A DNA stretch of 64,000 nt from the NCBI GenBank assembly GCA_003141095.1, contig PLKM01000010.1, forward strand, positions 36,693-100,692. Reading direction: 5' to 3'. Under the pieces are notes generated by a model. It was not told the DNA's origin and did no database searches. It was given only the letters and a program-made list of their open reading frames with translations. This document shows positions 18,769-28,209 of the stretch, one piece after another. The position numbers and the translations under genes were made by a program. The number at the start of each line of letters is the position of its first letter. Position 1 is the first letter of the stretch. The stretch is from Acidimicrobiaceae bacterium. GTDB lineage: Bacteria; Actinomycetota; Acidimicrobiia; Acidimicrobiales; RAAP-2.

Positions 18769-19852
18769 CGAGCACGTCGCGCGCGCTAACGAGCACGTCG
18801 ACCCGCTCTCCGATGTCAAAGACTTCGGCGGCGCTACTGCGCACGTCCACCTTCACGGTGACACCACCGACGCCAACCTGCAGTCTCGTCGTCGAGCCGA
18901 AGAAGGACCGGTGGGTGATGACGCCGAGCCCGTTTGGTGCGGCGAGGATCTCGAGGTCCTCGGGACGAAGCAACGCATCGAGAGGTCCGCTCGGCAGCGC
19001 CGAGGTACCTCCTCGGACCTCGACGGTCTGGGCGAACAACTTCACCCGATCCCCGGCCAACTCGACACTCACACGGCTTGAAGCACCCACGAACTCGGCG
19101 ACGAATGCCGTGCTCGGCCGGTCGTAGAGCATCGACGGGCTCGCCACCTGCTCAACGCGTCCCTTAGACATGACGCACACCCGGTCGGCCATCGAGAGCG
19201 CCTCTTCCTGGTCGTGGGTGACGAAGACCGTCGTGATGGCGAGGCGCTGCTGCAGGGCGCGGATCTGATCGCGCAACTCGGCGCGCACCTTCGCGTCGAG
19301 GGCGGACAACGGTTCATCGAGCAGCAGCACACGCGGTTCGATGGCGAGCGCTCGAGCGAGTGCCACACGTTGCTGCTGTCCGCCCGAAAGCTGGTGGGGA
19401 TACTTGCTCAAGTGGTCGCTGAGCCCGACCAGGTCGAGAAGTTCCCCAGCGCGTTGGCGGCGTTGTGAGGAGCGTTGTCCTCTCAGGCGAAGTCCGAACG
19501 CGACGTTATCGCGGGTGGTCATATTGGGGAAAAGGGAGTAGCTCTGAAACACCATTCCCATGTCTCGCTTTTGCGAGGGAGTGTCGCTGAGGTCCTTTCC
19601 ATCGACCAATACACGACCGCTATCCAGGTGCTCGAAGCCCGCCAGCACTCGAAGGGCGGTGGTCTTGCCGCAGCCCGACGGGCCGAGCAGGGCGACGAAC
19701 TCACCCGGCTGGATGTCCAGCGAGAACCCGTCGAGGGCGCGCGTCGTCCCGAACTGGCGCACCAGATGCTCCATGACCACCGGAGCTCCCGACGCGGGCG
19801 GATCAGACGGGTGTGTGGGGACCTCGGCGCGTTGCGTGGCGACTGACATCAT
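18743..19852 (-). CDS. ABC importer ATPase (PotA/PhnT-like, with TOBE domain)
   Basis: GPSGCGKT, LSGGQQQR, LLLDEP. ATG 19852 overlaps the permease stop (ATGA). Confidence 0.92.
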   Translation of the reverse strand: MMSVATQRAEVPTHPSDPPASGAPVVMEHLVRQFGTTRALDGFSLDIQPGEFVALLGPSGCGKTTALRVLAGFEHLDSGRVLVDGKDLSDTPSQKRDMGMVFQSYSLFPNMTTRDNVAFGLRLRGQRSSQRRQRAGELLDLVGLSDHLSKYPHQLSGGQQQRVALARALAIEPRVLLLDEPLSALDAKVRAELRDQIRALQQRLAITTVFVTHDQEEALSMADRVCVMSKGRVEQVASPSMLYDRPSTAFVAEFVGASSRVSVELAGDRVKLFAQTVEVRGGTSALPSGPLDALLRPEDLEILAAPNGLGVITHRSFFGSTTRLQVGVGGVTVKVDVRSSAAEVFDIGERVDVLVSARDVLVTERRPAP

Positions 19853-20700
19853 GACTGCTTCCTCTTCAGGGTTCTTCGGGACTGTGAGCGGTCGAGCGAG
19901 ACTATCAACGTGAGTAGCACCCACGTCGCGATGAGCGACAGCATCGCGACGGCCACCGTCACGTGGCCGTCGTTCTGGGAGGTTGCGACAATCCAGACCG
20001 GTATCGTCTGCCATCCATCGAGGCTCGCCATCGTGTATTCACCGAGCACCAGCGCCAGGGACAGCACCGTTGCGGAGAGCAGCGCGCTGCGCAGATTGGG
20101 AATCACCACGCTCCACAGCGTGCGGAACCAACTCGCTCCGAGCGAGCGGGACGCCTCGACGAGCGTGTGGAGGTCGATGGCGCCGAGACCGGCCGCCAGC
20201 GAGCGGTACACGAAGGGCATCACCAGGATCACGTACACCAGCGAAAGCAGGTAGGGCGACGACTTAAGCCACAACGGTGACGACGGCAGCACGCCCAGGA
20301 TGAGGACGATGGGGGGAATCACGATCGGTAGCAACGTGATCGTCTCAAAGAGCGGCTTCAGCTTCGGCACCTTCAGATGCATGTACACGACCGTGGGCAC
20401 CATGAGTCCCATTGCGACCACCATCGTCACCCCGGCGAGTCGCATCGAAAGCCAGAAGGCCGAACCCAGTCCGGGTTGGCTGGGAATGGACGTGAGCGGC
20501 GAGAAGGAGAAGTGGTTCTGGTCATTTTCCAGCGCGAAGTGCAGCGCCGCGTAGATCGGAGTCAAGAAATAGACGCCCGCTATCAGCAGGACGATCGCGC
20601 GGCCGACGTGGATGCGATGACGCAGACCGTGCCGGGACTCGGGAACAAAGACTTCGGGTACGTCACCCTCGATGATCACCCCGGGCGTCACCGTAACCAT
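19849..20700 (-). CDS. ABC importer permease
   Basis: Multiple TM helices and the EAA loop LVEASRSLGAS. Confidence 0.9.
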   Translation of the reverse strand: MVTVTPGVIIEGDVPEVFVPESRHGLRHRIHVGRAIVLLIAGVYFLTPIYAALHFALENDQNHFSFSPLTSIPSQPGLGSAFWLSMRLAGVTMVVAMGLMVPTVVYMHLKVPKLKPLFETITLLPIVIPPIVLILGVLPSSPLWLKSSPYLLSLVYVILVMPFVYRSLAAGLGAIDLHTLVEASRSLGASWFRTLWSVVIPNLRSALLSATVLSLALVLGEYTMASLDGWQTIPVWIVATSQNDGHVTVAVAMLSLIATWVLLTLIVSLDRSQSRRTLKRKQS

Positions 20701-21626
20701 CGCGAGGCCCTTCGTTGTAGGAAGAAATAGCCGACCATGGAGATGAGCATCATGACGATCATGATGAAGCCGAGCGCGTAGCCAATGTTCGTCTCATTGG
20801 CAAGCACGTTGCCGTTCAGGACCGCGCCGATCTGAATGGGCGTCAGGGCAATCGTGCCACCCGTCAGCGCTTCAGCCGTGGCGTACGCCGAGAGGCCGCT
20901 GCCGAAGAGCAGCAGGGTGCTGCCGAGCACCGACGGCATGAGAACAGGTAGGCCCACGTACCTCCAGTACTTCCAGCTCGAAGCCCCCAGGTTCTGCGCG
21001 GCCTCTCGCCACGACTCCTTGAGTCCGCCAATTGCTGGCGTGATGATGAGCACCATGAGCGGAATCTGGAAGTAAAAATAGACGAGCTCCACGCCCGTGA
21101 TTCGGTACAGGTCGAAGCCGTGATTCCACGGATTCAACCCGAAATGGGACAGGAACGAGGTGGCGAGGCCGGTGTAACCAACGGTGGCGATAAAGATGAA
21201 TGCCAAGTTGACTCCGCCGAAATTGGCGAAGACGCCCGACGCGGTCGCCACCAGCCGACGCAATAACGCGAATTTGGACGTGGCCACGACGTACGCGAGC
21301 AAAGTGCCGAAGATCGCCGGCACTATGGCCGTTACCGCCGCCAACTTGAGGCTGGACTCAAAACCCAAAAGATACTGACCGCCACTCGTGATGGCCTTGA
21401 TGTTCTGCAAGGAAAGGTGACCTTGATTGTTTCGAAAGGCCAGATTCACGATCACGATCGTGGGGACACCGAGACCGACCAGGACGTACGCGAAGAAGGG
21501 AACGAGGGGCAGCGACGTGCGCAGCGACCGCCACGCCCTGCGTGAGGAACGGGCTGCGCCCTCCCCACCGACGCCAGAGGGGGAACTGCTGGCGTCGGTG
21601 GGGAGGGTGTGGGGTTGGGTGGTCAC
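20688..21626 (-). CDS. ABC importer permease
   Basis: Multiple TM helices and the EAA loop WREAAQNLGAS. Confidence 0.9.
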   Translation of the reverse strand: MTTQPHTLPTDASSSPSGVGGEGAARSSRRAWRSLRTSLPLVPFFAYVLVGLGVPTIVIVNLAFRNNQGHLSLQNIKAITSGGQYLLGFESSLKLAAVTAIVPAIFGTLLAYVVATSKFALLRRLVATASGVFANFGGVNLAFIFIATVGYTGLATSFLSHFGLNPWNHGFDLYRITGVELVYFYFQIPLMVLIITPAIGGLKESWREAAQNLGASSWKYWRYVGLPVLMPSVLGSTLLLFGSGLSAYATAEALTGGTIALTPIQIGAVLNGNVLANETNIGYALGFIMIVMMLISMVGYFFLQRRASRWLR

Positions 21627-21655
21627 ACGCAGCTCGTCATTCTTGCTAGACGCGC

Positions 21656-22780
21656 TCAGCCAACGGCCGAGGCCCAGTTGGCGTCGACGTAGTTCTCAGC
21701 GGTGGTGAGTTGCGCCAACGTCGGGTACTGGATGGTGCCGGCGGGAGCCGGTGGCAACTTCGCGTACGCCGCCGCGTTGACGGTGCCGTTCTTCACGAGA
21801 GTCGCCAACTCGGCTGGTCGAGTCGAGCCTTCGAGCCACAAGTTCTGTCCCTCGGTCGAGTAGAGGAACTCTTCCCAGAGACGAGCCGCCGCCGGGTCCG
21901 CCGCGTACTTGCTGATGGCTTGGGAGTAGTAGGCCGCGTAGCTGGCGTCAGAGGGGATCGCTATCTTCCACGTGGGAATGACTGACGCGAGCTCACTCGC
22001 CTGCAGGTAGTCCCACCAGACGATGATCGGCGTCGCACCGGACTCGGCGGTCGAAGGACCACTGGCGCCCGGGACGAAGTTACCTTCGGCGTTGAGCTTC
22101 TGGAAGAACGTAACCCCTGGTGCAATGTTACCGAGCGAGCCACCGTTCGCGAGTGCGGCTGCGTAAACAGCCGAGAACGCCGCCGAGGCTTGGGTGGGGT
22201 CGTTGTTGATGCCGACCTCGTTCTTGTACTCGGGCTTGAGCAAGTCGGCGAACGAGGTGGGGCACGTCGTGACAACCTTGGAGTTGCAACCAATGGCGAC
22301 GTAGCCGCCGTAATCGTCAAACCAGTAGCCCTTGGCGTTCTTCAGGCCGGTAGGAATCGCACTCCACGTAGCCACCTTGTAGGGGGCCAACAGGTTCGTG
22401 TTGTCCACCGCGAAGCTCGTACCGACGTCGAGCACGTCCGGTGCGTCCGCACGGCCCTTGTCCTGCTCGACTGCCGTGATCTCGTTCGCGCTCGAGCCTT
22501 CAGGATTCTCGGAGTTGATCTTGATGCCGTACTTCTTCGAGAAGTCCTTGATAATGGTGCCGTAGTTCGCCCAGTTCGAAGGAAGGGTAATCACATTGAG
22601 GTGACCCTCTTTCTTGGCCGCCTTGATCAGTGCACTCATGCCGCCGCACGCCGCGGCCGACGTCGCGGTGTTGCAGCTGGACGTTGCTGCCGACGCTGAA
22701 CTACCCGCGAGCGAGATGCTCACGAGCGTGGTGCTCAGCAAACCAGCGGCCACTGACACTTTCAGTTTGTTTACCAACAC
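21656..22780 (-). CDS. ABC substrate-binding protein (PotD/AfuA-like fold; substrate inferred to be an aminophosphonate)
   Basis: Signal peptide, LPSNWANYG, PDVLDVG, DDYGGYVAIG, WWDY; in an operon with the phosphonatase-like gene. Confidence 0.8.
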   Translation of the reverse strand: MLVNKLKVSVAAGLLSTTLVSISLAGSSASAATSSCNTATSAAACGGMSALIKAAKKEGHLNVITLPSNWANYGTIIKDFSKKYGIKINSENPEGSSANEITAVEQDKGRADAPDVLDVGTSFAVDNTNLLAPYKVATWSAIPTGLKNAKGYWFDDYGGYVAIGCNSKVVTTCPTSFADLLKPEYKNEVGINNDPTQASAAFSAVYAAALANGGSLGNIAPGVTFFQKLNAEGNFVPGASGPSTAESGATPIIVWWDYLQASELASVIPTWKIAIPSDASYAAYYSQAISKYAADPAAARLWEEFLYSTEGQNLWLEGSTRPAELATLVKNGTVNAAAYAKLPPAPAGTIQYPTLAQLTTAENYVDANWASAVG

Positions 22781-22911
22781 GTGTACTGCCTCCTAAAAGT
22801 GAACACACCACGTTGGTGGTTCGACCGAGACAGTACGAGTGGCGGGTAAGCGCCCCGTGACGCCACCACGCAAACTGTGTGACAATTCAATGGATTTTCG
22901 GCGCACAATGT

Positions 22912-23592
22912 TCACACTGAGGAATCCTCGGGTTCCTCCAACACCGCCAGCAACTCCGCGACCGAGTCCAAGACCTCGTCCGCGCCATTCGCACGAAGAC
23001 GCTCCTCGTCGTCGTTGCCCGACAACACCCCCACGAGCAGTCCCGCACCAGCCCGCTCGCCCGCCTGCATGTCCGACGCGGTATCTCCCACCACCACTAA
23101 TGAATCCATAGAATGAACCGCCAGTCGAAGCGCGCACCAAAGCAACATGTCCGGAGCCGGCCGCCCGCGACCGGCGTCAGCGGGAGAGACCCGCAAGTCA
23201 AAGAGGTCGGACCAACCAAGTTCTTCGATGAGCACTTCGCGCGTCAACGGTGAAAAGCCGGTCGTCAGGGCAACTTTGAGGCCCTGGGATCGCAGTTCCT
23301 CGACGACGGCTCGCGCACCAGGAATCCCTCGAACACCAAAGTCTCGGGCCGTATCGACGAAATGAAGTTCAAACGACTCATTGGCCGCGCTCGCCCGATC
23401 GCCAAAGAGAGCGGTGAAGACCTCTATCTTCGACTGGCCCATCGTTTCGACCACGTACGCTTCCGCGTCGACGGCTTCCTGTCCCGAAACGCCCAGTTCG
23501 TCAATGGTGCGCCGAAAGCTTTCGAGCACGAGGCCGCTATCGATCATCGTCGTACCGGCCATGTCGAAACAGACCAACTCGAATTTGTTCAC
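22912..23592 (-). CDS. PhnX-like HAD hydrolase (TIGR03351-type phosphonatase-like)
   Basis: FDMAGTT, TMGQSK (retains a Lys), ALTTGF, GRPAPDM, VGDTASD. Confidence 0.82.
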   Translation of the reverse strand: MNKFELVCFDMAGTTMIDSGLVLESFRRTIDELGVSGQEAVDAEAYVVETMGQSKIEVFTALFGDRASAANESFELHFVDTARDFGVRGIPGARAVVEELRSQGLKVALTTGFSPLTREVLIEELGWSDLFDLRVSPADAGRGRPAPDMLLWCALRLAVHSMDSLVVVGDTASDMQAGERAGAGLLVGVLSGNDDEERLRANGADEVLDSVAELLAVLEEPEDSSV

Positions 23593-24722
23593 TGGAAACT
23601 CTCCTCTGCTATCGCTGGCGCCAAGGTCATCCCTCTTCCGCCAGCTCCGGTAACTGCAACGACCCCCCTCGCGACTTCCTTACGGAAATAGACCTCGTCG
23701 CCCAGGGGACTGGTGAGTTGGTGATAGGTGCCGCTCCAGCGACGCTCGACGCGAGGCATCCGGCTTCCAATCAGGGCCCGGGCCGCCTCCATGATGATCT
23801 CCATCGGCCGGTCGGACGTCGAAAACAGGCCGGGCTCGTCGGGTTCGTGGGTGTCGCCAATGGTGAGTCCGCCGTGCAGCCGTTGCTGGCAAAGCAACTG
23901 GATGGCGTAGGTCGCGGCCTCGGGGTTTTGCGGCACCAGCCCGCTCGAAAACTCGTGGAAACCTGGGTAGTAGCGAAGGGAGTCACCGTTGGCGAGCGAT
24001 GTCGTCAGCACGCGTCCGAGCGGCTCGGTCTCCGCCATCTGCAAACGGACTGTCCGCAACGGCTCGCTCTCGAAGAGTTCCGCCGCGAAGCCGCTGAGGC
24101 TCGCCCCAAGACAGAGATAGACACGGTCACCTCGATGATGCACACCCTGGTGATCGGTGACCTCGTAGTCGCCTATCCCCACGAGCTCACGCGCCGGCAG
24201 ATAGTCGTAGCGGCCGGTCGACTGCATGGCGGCGCGCAGCACTGCGAGGGCCTTGCGCGATTCAACCGCAGCGTCACGCTTGCAGAAGAGCCCGCCCAGG
24301 AATTCACCGGCCAGGGCCGGATTCTTTCGCCGGACCTCATCGGCACTCAAGATCTCGAAGCCGCGTTCGTCGGCGTCGCCTCGTTGCATCACGCGCTCGA
24401 GGACCGCCAACTCGTCGAACCTGTTTACGAGCGTGAGCGAGCCGTTCTCGCGAAAACCGATTCCCGGATTCTTGTGAGCGATGCAGCCCCACAGTTCACG
24501 AGCTCGCAGGGCGAGCTCGAGCTCACGCCCCGGCGCCCGCCCACTGACCCAGACGAGGCCGAAGTTTCGAACGCTCGCGCCCTGGGGGGCAAGGTCGCGC
24601 TCCAGGTGAACAACCTGCGCGCCGCGCCGCAGCGCTAGATACGAGTGCACCGTGCCGAAGATTCCGCCGCCAACGACAACGACCCGCTGGCCCGCCAATG
24701 AACTGTCACGCTGTTCGCACAT
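23589..24722 (-). CDS. FAD-dependent oxidoreductase, TIGR03364-type (phosphonate-associated)
   Basis: VVVVGGGIFG, GASVRNFGLVWVSG, IGDTHE, GAGGRGMTL; 4-bp overlap with the HAD gene. Confidence 0.82.
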   Translation of the reverse strand: MCEQRDSSLAGQRVVVVGGGIFGTVHSYLALRRGAQVVHLERDLAPQGASVRNFGLVWVSGRAPGRELELALRARELWGCIAHKNPGIGFRENGSLTLVNRFDELAVLERVMQRGDADERGFEILSADEVRRKNPALAGEFLGGLFCKRDAAVESRKALAVLRAAMQSTGRYDYLPARELVGIGDYEVTDHQGVHHRGDRVYLCLGASLSGFAAELFESEPLRTVRLQMAETEPLGRVLTTSLANGDSLRYYPGFHEFSSGLVPQNPEAATYAIQLLCQQRLHGGLTIGDTHEPDEPGLFSTSDRPMEIIMEAARALIGSRMPRVERRWSGTYHQLTSPLGDEVYFRKEVARGVVAVTGAGGRGMTLAPAIAEESFQ

Positions 24723-24827
24723 AACTCGCGAACATAGAACCGACAACTTTCACGACGGTGACGACTGCGTGTCAATCCCTCGAACTGTCGAAACCGTTAT
24801 GGCGGTCCTGCGGGTCGCTCAACGTGC

Positions 24828-25289
24828 TCACGGTCGACGCACCGCAAAGAACTCGCGCAGCAACGCTTGGGACTCTTCTCGCAAGACGTCGTACGCGAGG
24901 TCCGCTTCGTGGAGCAATCGCGGATCAGAAAGGACGTTGTACCGCGAACCAACTGCGCCGGCCTTCTCGTCCATCGCACCAATGACCACGCGAGCGACGC
25001 GGGCGTTCAAGAGCGCCCCCGCGCACATCACGCACGGCTCCAACGTCACGTACGCGGTCACGTCATCCATGCGCCAGCCATCACGACGAGTCGCCGCGTC
25101 ACGCAACGCAATGATTTCGGCGTGCGCGGTGGGGTCCTGATCGACCTCTCGTCGATTCTCGCCGACGCCAATCACTTCTCCGTCAACAACGAGGACGCAG
25201 CCCACGGGGACGTCGTCGTGCAGCGACGCCGCACGCGCCGCGGCGAGGGCCCCCGTCATGAATTCAGTGTCGCGCGAATCGATCGCCAT
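24828..25289 (-). CDS. tadA: tRNA adenosine(34) deaminase
   Basis: DVPVGCV, DPTAHAEI, TLEPCVMC, FFAVRR. Confidence 0.93.
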   Translation of the reverse strand: MAIDSRDTEFMTGALAAARAASLHDDVPVGCVLVVDGEVIGVGENRREVDQDPTAHAEIIALRDAATRRDGWRMDDVTAYVTLEPCVMCAGALLNARVARVVIGAMDEKAGAVGSRYNVLSDPRLLHEADLAYDVLREESQALLREFFAVRRP

Positions 25290-25412
25290 ATGGTTGGTTC
25301 CTTCTTTATCGTGCTCAAGGAGGTAGTACGACGAGCCATCGTTGAAAAGTACACCGTTGCCGAGGGCCCACGGCCAAAAAGCGCTCTACGGGTGCGTTGT
25401 AGACTTCAAGAC

Positions 25413-25500
25413 GGAGGGGTGCGAGAGCGGCCGAATCGGGCAGTCTCGAAAACTGCTGTGTCTACGGGCACCGTGGGTTCAAATCCCACCTCCTCCGCCA
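25413..25500 (+). tRNA. tRNA-Ser(CGA)
   Basis: GCAGT-CTCGAAA-ACTGC anticodon arm, variable arm, GGTTCAAATCC, encoded CCA. Confidence 0.96.
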
Positions 25501-25503
25501 GCG

Positions 25504-25533
25504 AGAGACGGGTGACGTGAGTCACCCGTCTCT
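25504..25533 (+). terminator. Hairpin terminator after tRNA-Ser(CGA)
   Basis: 13-bp stem AGAGACGGGTGAC/GTCACCCGTCTCT with a 4-nt loop, followed by a T-rich tract. Confidence 0.8.
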
Positions 25534-25612
25534 TCGTCTTTGTGACAACGCCACGCAGTGGAACTACGATGGAAGTGTCCGACGCCTGTTGGGCTTCTTC
25601 TAGGAGATCACT

Positions 25613-26950
25613 ATGGTTTCGTCAATCGAGTCCTCAGTAGGTACCGAGCGCAAGGTCGTCACAGAGCTGCCTGGCCCCAAGTCACGGGCCCTTCACGAAC
25701 GTCGTAAGGCCGTCGTGAGCGCCGGGCTCACCAACGGCTTTCCCATCTACATCGAGCGCGCCGACGGCGCCATCCTGCTCGACGTCGACGGGAACCAGAT
25801 TCTCGACCTGGGCTCGGGTATCGCGGTCACGACAATCGGCCATGCCGTTCCCGAACTCGTCGACGCCGTCAGCGCCCAGGTAGCGGCCTTTACGCACACA
25901 TGCTTCATGGTGACCCCCTACGAGAGCTACGTCGAGGTGTGCGAGGAGCTGGCCGCCTTGACGCCCGGCAGCCACGCGAAGACCTCGGCCCTCTTCAACT
26001 CGGGCTCGGAAGCAGTCGAGAACGCGGTGAAGATCGCGCGACTCGCCACCGGGCGTCAGGCCATTGTCGTGTTCGAACACGCTTACCACGGCCGCACCAA
26101 CTTGACCATGGCGCTCACGGCGAAGAACATGCCCTACAAGGACCGTTTCGGCCCCTTCGCGCCCGAGATCTATCGCGTGCCGATGAGCTATCCCTTCCTC
26201 GACGGCTTGAGCGGCGCCGAGGCGGCCGCGCGGGCTATCAAGACCATTGAGGTTCAGGTCGGCGCCCACAACGTCGCCGCCCTCCTCATCGAGCCCATTC
26301 AGGGTGAGGGCGGCTTCATCGTCCCCGCCGACGGCTTCTTGCCAGCCCTCTCCGAGTGGACCACCAAGAACGGCGTGGTGTTCATCGCCGACGAGATTCA
26401 AAGCGGATTCTGTCGCACCGGCGACTGGTTCGCCGTCGATCACGAGGGCGTGATACCCGACATTGTGACGACCGCCAAGGGCCTCGCCGGCGGCATGCCG
26501 CTCGCCGCCGTTACTGGGCGCGCCGAGCTGATGAACCAAGTCCACGAGGGCGGCCTGGGTGGCACGTACGGTGGGAATCCGGTCGCCGCCGCCGCGGCGC
26601 TCGCCACGATAAAGACCCTGCGCGATCGAAACCTCGTGAGCCGCGCTCGCGAGCTCGAGAAGATCATGCTGGACAGCCTCCGCTCGCTCCAGCAAGACGT
26701 CGCCATTATTGGCGAGGTTCGTGGGCGTGGCGCGATGATCGCCATTGAACTGGTGCAACCAGGGACCAAGAACCCGAACGCGACGGCGGCGAAGGCCGTC
26801 GTGAATTACTGCAACCAGAACGGCGTCATTGCCCTGGCCTGCGGAACGAGCGGGAACGTCATACGCCTGCTGCCCCCGCTGGTGATCACTGACGAGCAGT
26901 TGGCCGATGGACTCAACGTCCTCGCGGCCGCCGTACGCGCCGCCGGTTAA
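25613..26950 (+). CDS. gabT: 4-aminobutyrate aminotransferase
   Basis: FTHTCFMVTPYE, NSGSEAVENAVK, YHGRT, FIADEIQSG, TTAKG, GGTYGGNP. Confidence 0.92.
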   Translation: MVSSIESSVGTERKVVTELPGPKSRALHERRKAVVSAGLTNGFPIYIERADGAILLDVDGNQILDLGSGIAVTTIGHAVPELVDAVSAQVAAFTHTCFMVTPYESYVEVCEELAALTPGSHAKTSALFNSGSEAVENAVKIARLATGRQAIVVFEHAYHGRTNLTMALTAKNMPYKDRFGPFAPEIYRVPMSYPFLDGLSGAEAAARAIKTIEVQVGAHNVAALLIEPIQGEGGFIVPADGFLPALSEWTTKNGVVFIADEIQSGFCRTGDWFAVDHEGVIPDIVTTAKGLAGGMPLAAVTGRAELMNQVHEGGLGGTYGGNPVAAAAALATIKTLRDRNLVSRARELEKIMLDSLRSLQQDVAIIGEVRGRGAMIAIELVQPGTKNPNATAAKAVVNYCNQNGVIALACGTSGNVIRLLPPLVITDEQLADGLNVLAAAVRAAG

Positions 26951-28104
26951 GGAAGACAACCTTGCGTTGACACTGACCCGGTGTCGGGCGTCTTGGCGAT
27001 GTCGCTTTCTACGACGCCGTCGGAAATTGCGTAGGCCGTGCTCGCCTGGCTCAGTGACTTTGACTCGATGACGCCCGCCACGAGTGATCCGATCAGCACC
27101 GGGCTTCCGGAGTTGCCGGGCTGCACGTTCACCTCAACGGCCAACACCGTCTTCGACAGGAGATTCTTATCGTATATGTCACGACCTTGTCCGGAGAGTT
27201 CGCCCTCGATGGCGCCGGGCGCTCCGGTTCGCGTCGCGTTCAGGGGAAAACCAACTACTCGCACCGGCGTGCCCGCCGAGGGCGTGCCTCCGAGGAAGCG
27301 TAACGACGACTCGTCCAGTGACGGAACCCTAAGAACCGCAATATCGTTGTCCGGGTCAAAGAGGGCAACCTGGGCGGGCGCGCCGTCGAGCGTAATTCGC
27401 GTTTCGCCCGCCACCACGTGAGCATTCGTGATCGCCAGGTGCGCCGAGATAAAGAATGCGGTGCCCTCACTCTGTGTGGTGCACGATCCGCTCGCGAGAA
27501 CCTTCACGACGTCGCTCGGACTAGCGAGCGACGTGACGAGAGGGCCCAACGCCTTCGGATTCACCTACGGCGCCGGAAGCGTTGGCGCGATCACCGTTGC
27601 GAACACGCTCGGGAGGTCTGCATTTCGAAAGAGCGTCTGCACTTTGGCCTCAATTGAGGGCACCGGAGGCATCACCCTATCCATGGCGGACAGAATGCTC
27701 GACCGCTGAATGCCGCTCGCTACCGAGCCCCAGGTGGTCGAGCCCAGGAGACCGGCCACCAACCAGCAGCCAACCAGGGCCCCCGCCACGCCAATGGCGA
27801 CTCCCGCGACGCGATCTACAAGTCCCAATTTCAACGCTCGTAACGATTTTGCGGCAACGGACCCGATCGCTCGGCCGACTTGACCTCCGATAAGGGCGAC
27901 GACCACGACGATTCCGAGCGCCAGTTCCGGGCGCCAAGCCGCGTGCGTCATGTCCGACGACACCGAGGGGGCTATCAGCGTGCCGGCGATGAAACCGACG
28001 CCGAGTCCCACCAACCTCGCCAACTGGCGCAGTCCTCCCTCGGCGTGGCCCCGAAACCCAGCCAGAACCACGACCGCCACAACGACGAGATCAACCCAAC
28101 TCAC
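26947..28104 (-). pseudogene. marP: MarP-like membrane serine protease (CvpA-like TM domain + trypsin domain) split by one in-frame TAG at 27565-27567
   Basis: ORFs 27565-28104 and 26947-27564 are in the same frame (…PTLPAP-TAG-VNPKAL…). Triad motifs TNAHVV, DNDIAVL and GNSGSP are intact. Confidence 0.75.
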
Positions 28105-28209
28105 GAACCAAGGGTAGGCGGTGACCGGAAATGGAGTGCTCCTCGGACTCTGTTGATGTCGATAGCATCAACAGAGCACTCTGCGTCAAACGAAAGACGG
28201 TACGACTTC

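Noticed and set aside
22799-22915. GTGAAC/GTTCAC hexamers upstream of the SBP gene as a PHO box.
   Set aside because: They are 111 bp apart, and one is simply the stop-codon context of the HAD gene.
15332-25500. The two tRNA-Ser genes share an identical 30-nt 3' end, like attL/attR around the phosphonate cluster.
   Set aside because: Both are complete isoacceptors with different anticodons, and the interval includes the housekeeping gene tadA.
25613-26950. The class III aminotransferase near the phosphonate cluster could be PbfA- or PhnW-like.
   Set aside because: The sequence looks like canonical actinobacterial GabT and is separated from the cluster by tadA, a tRNA and a terminator.
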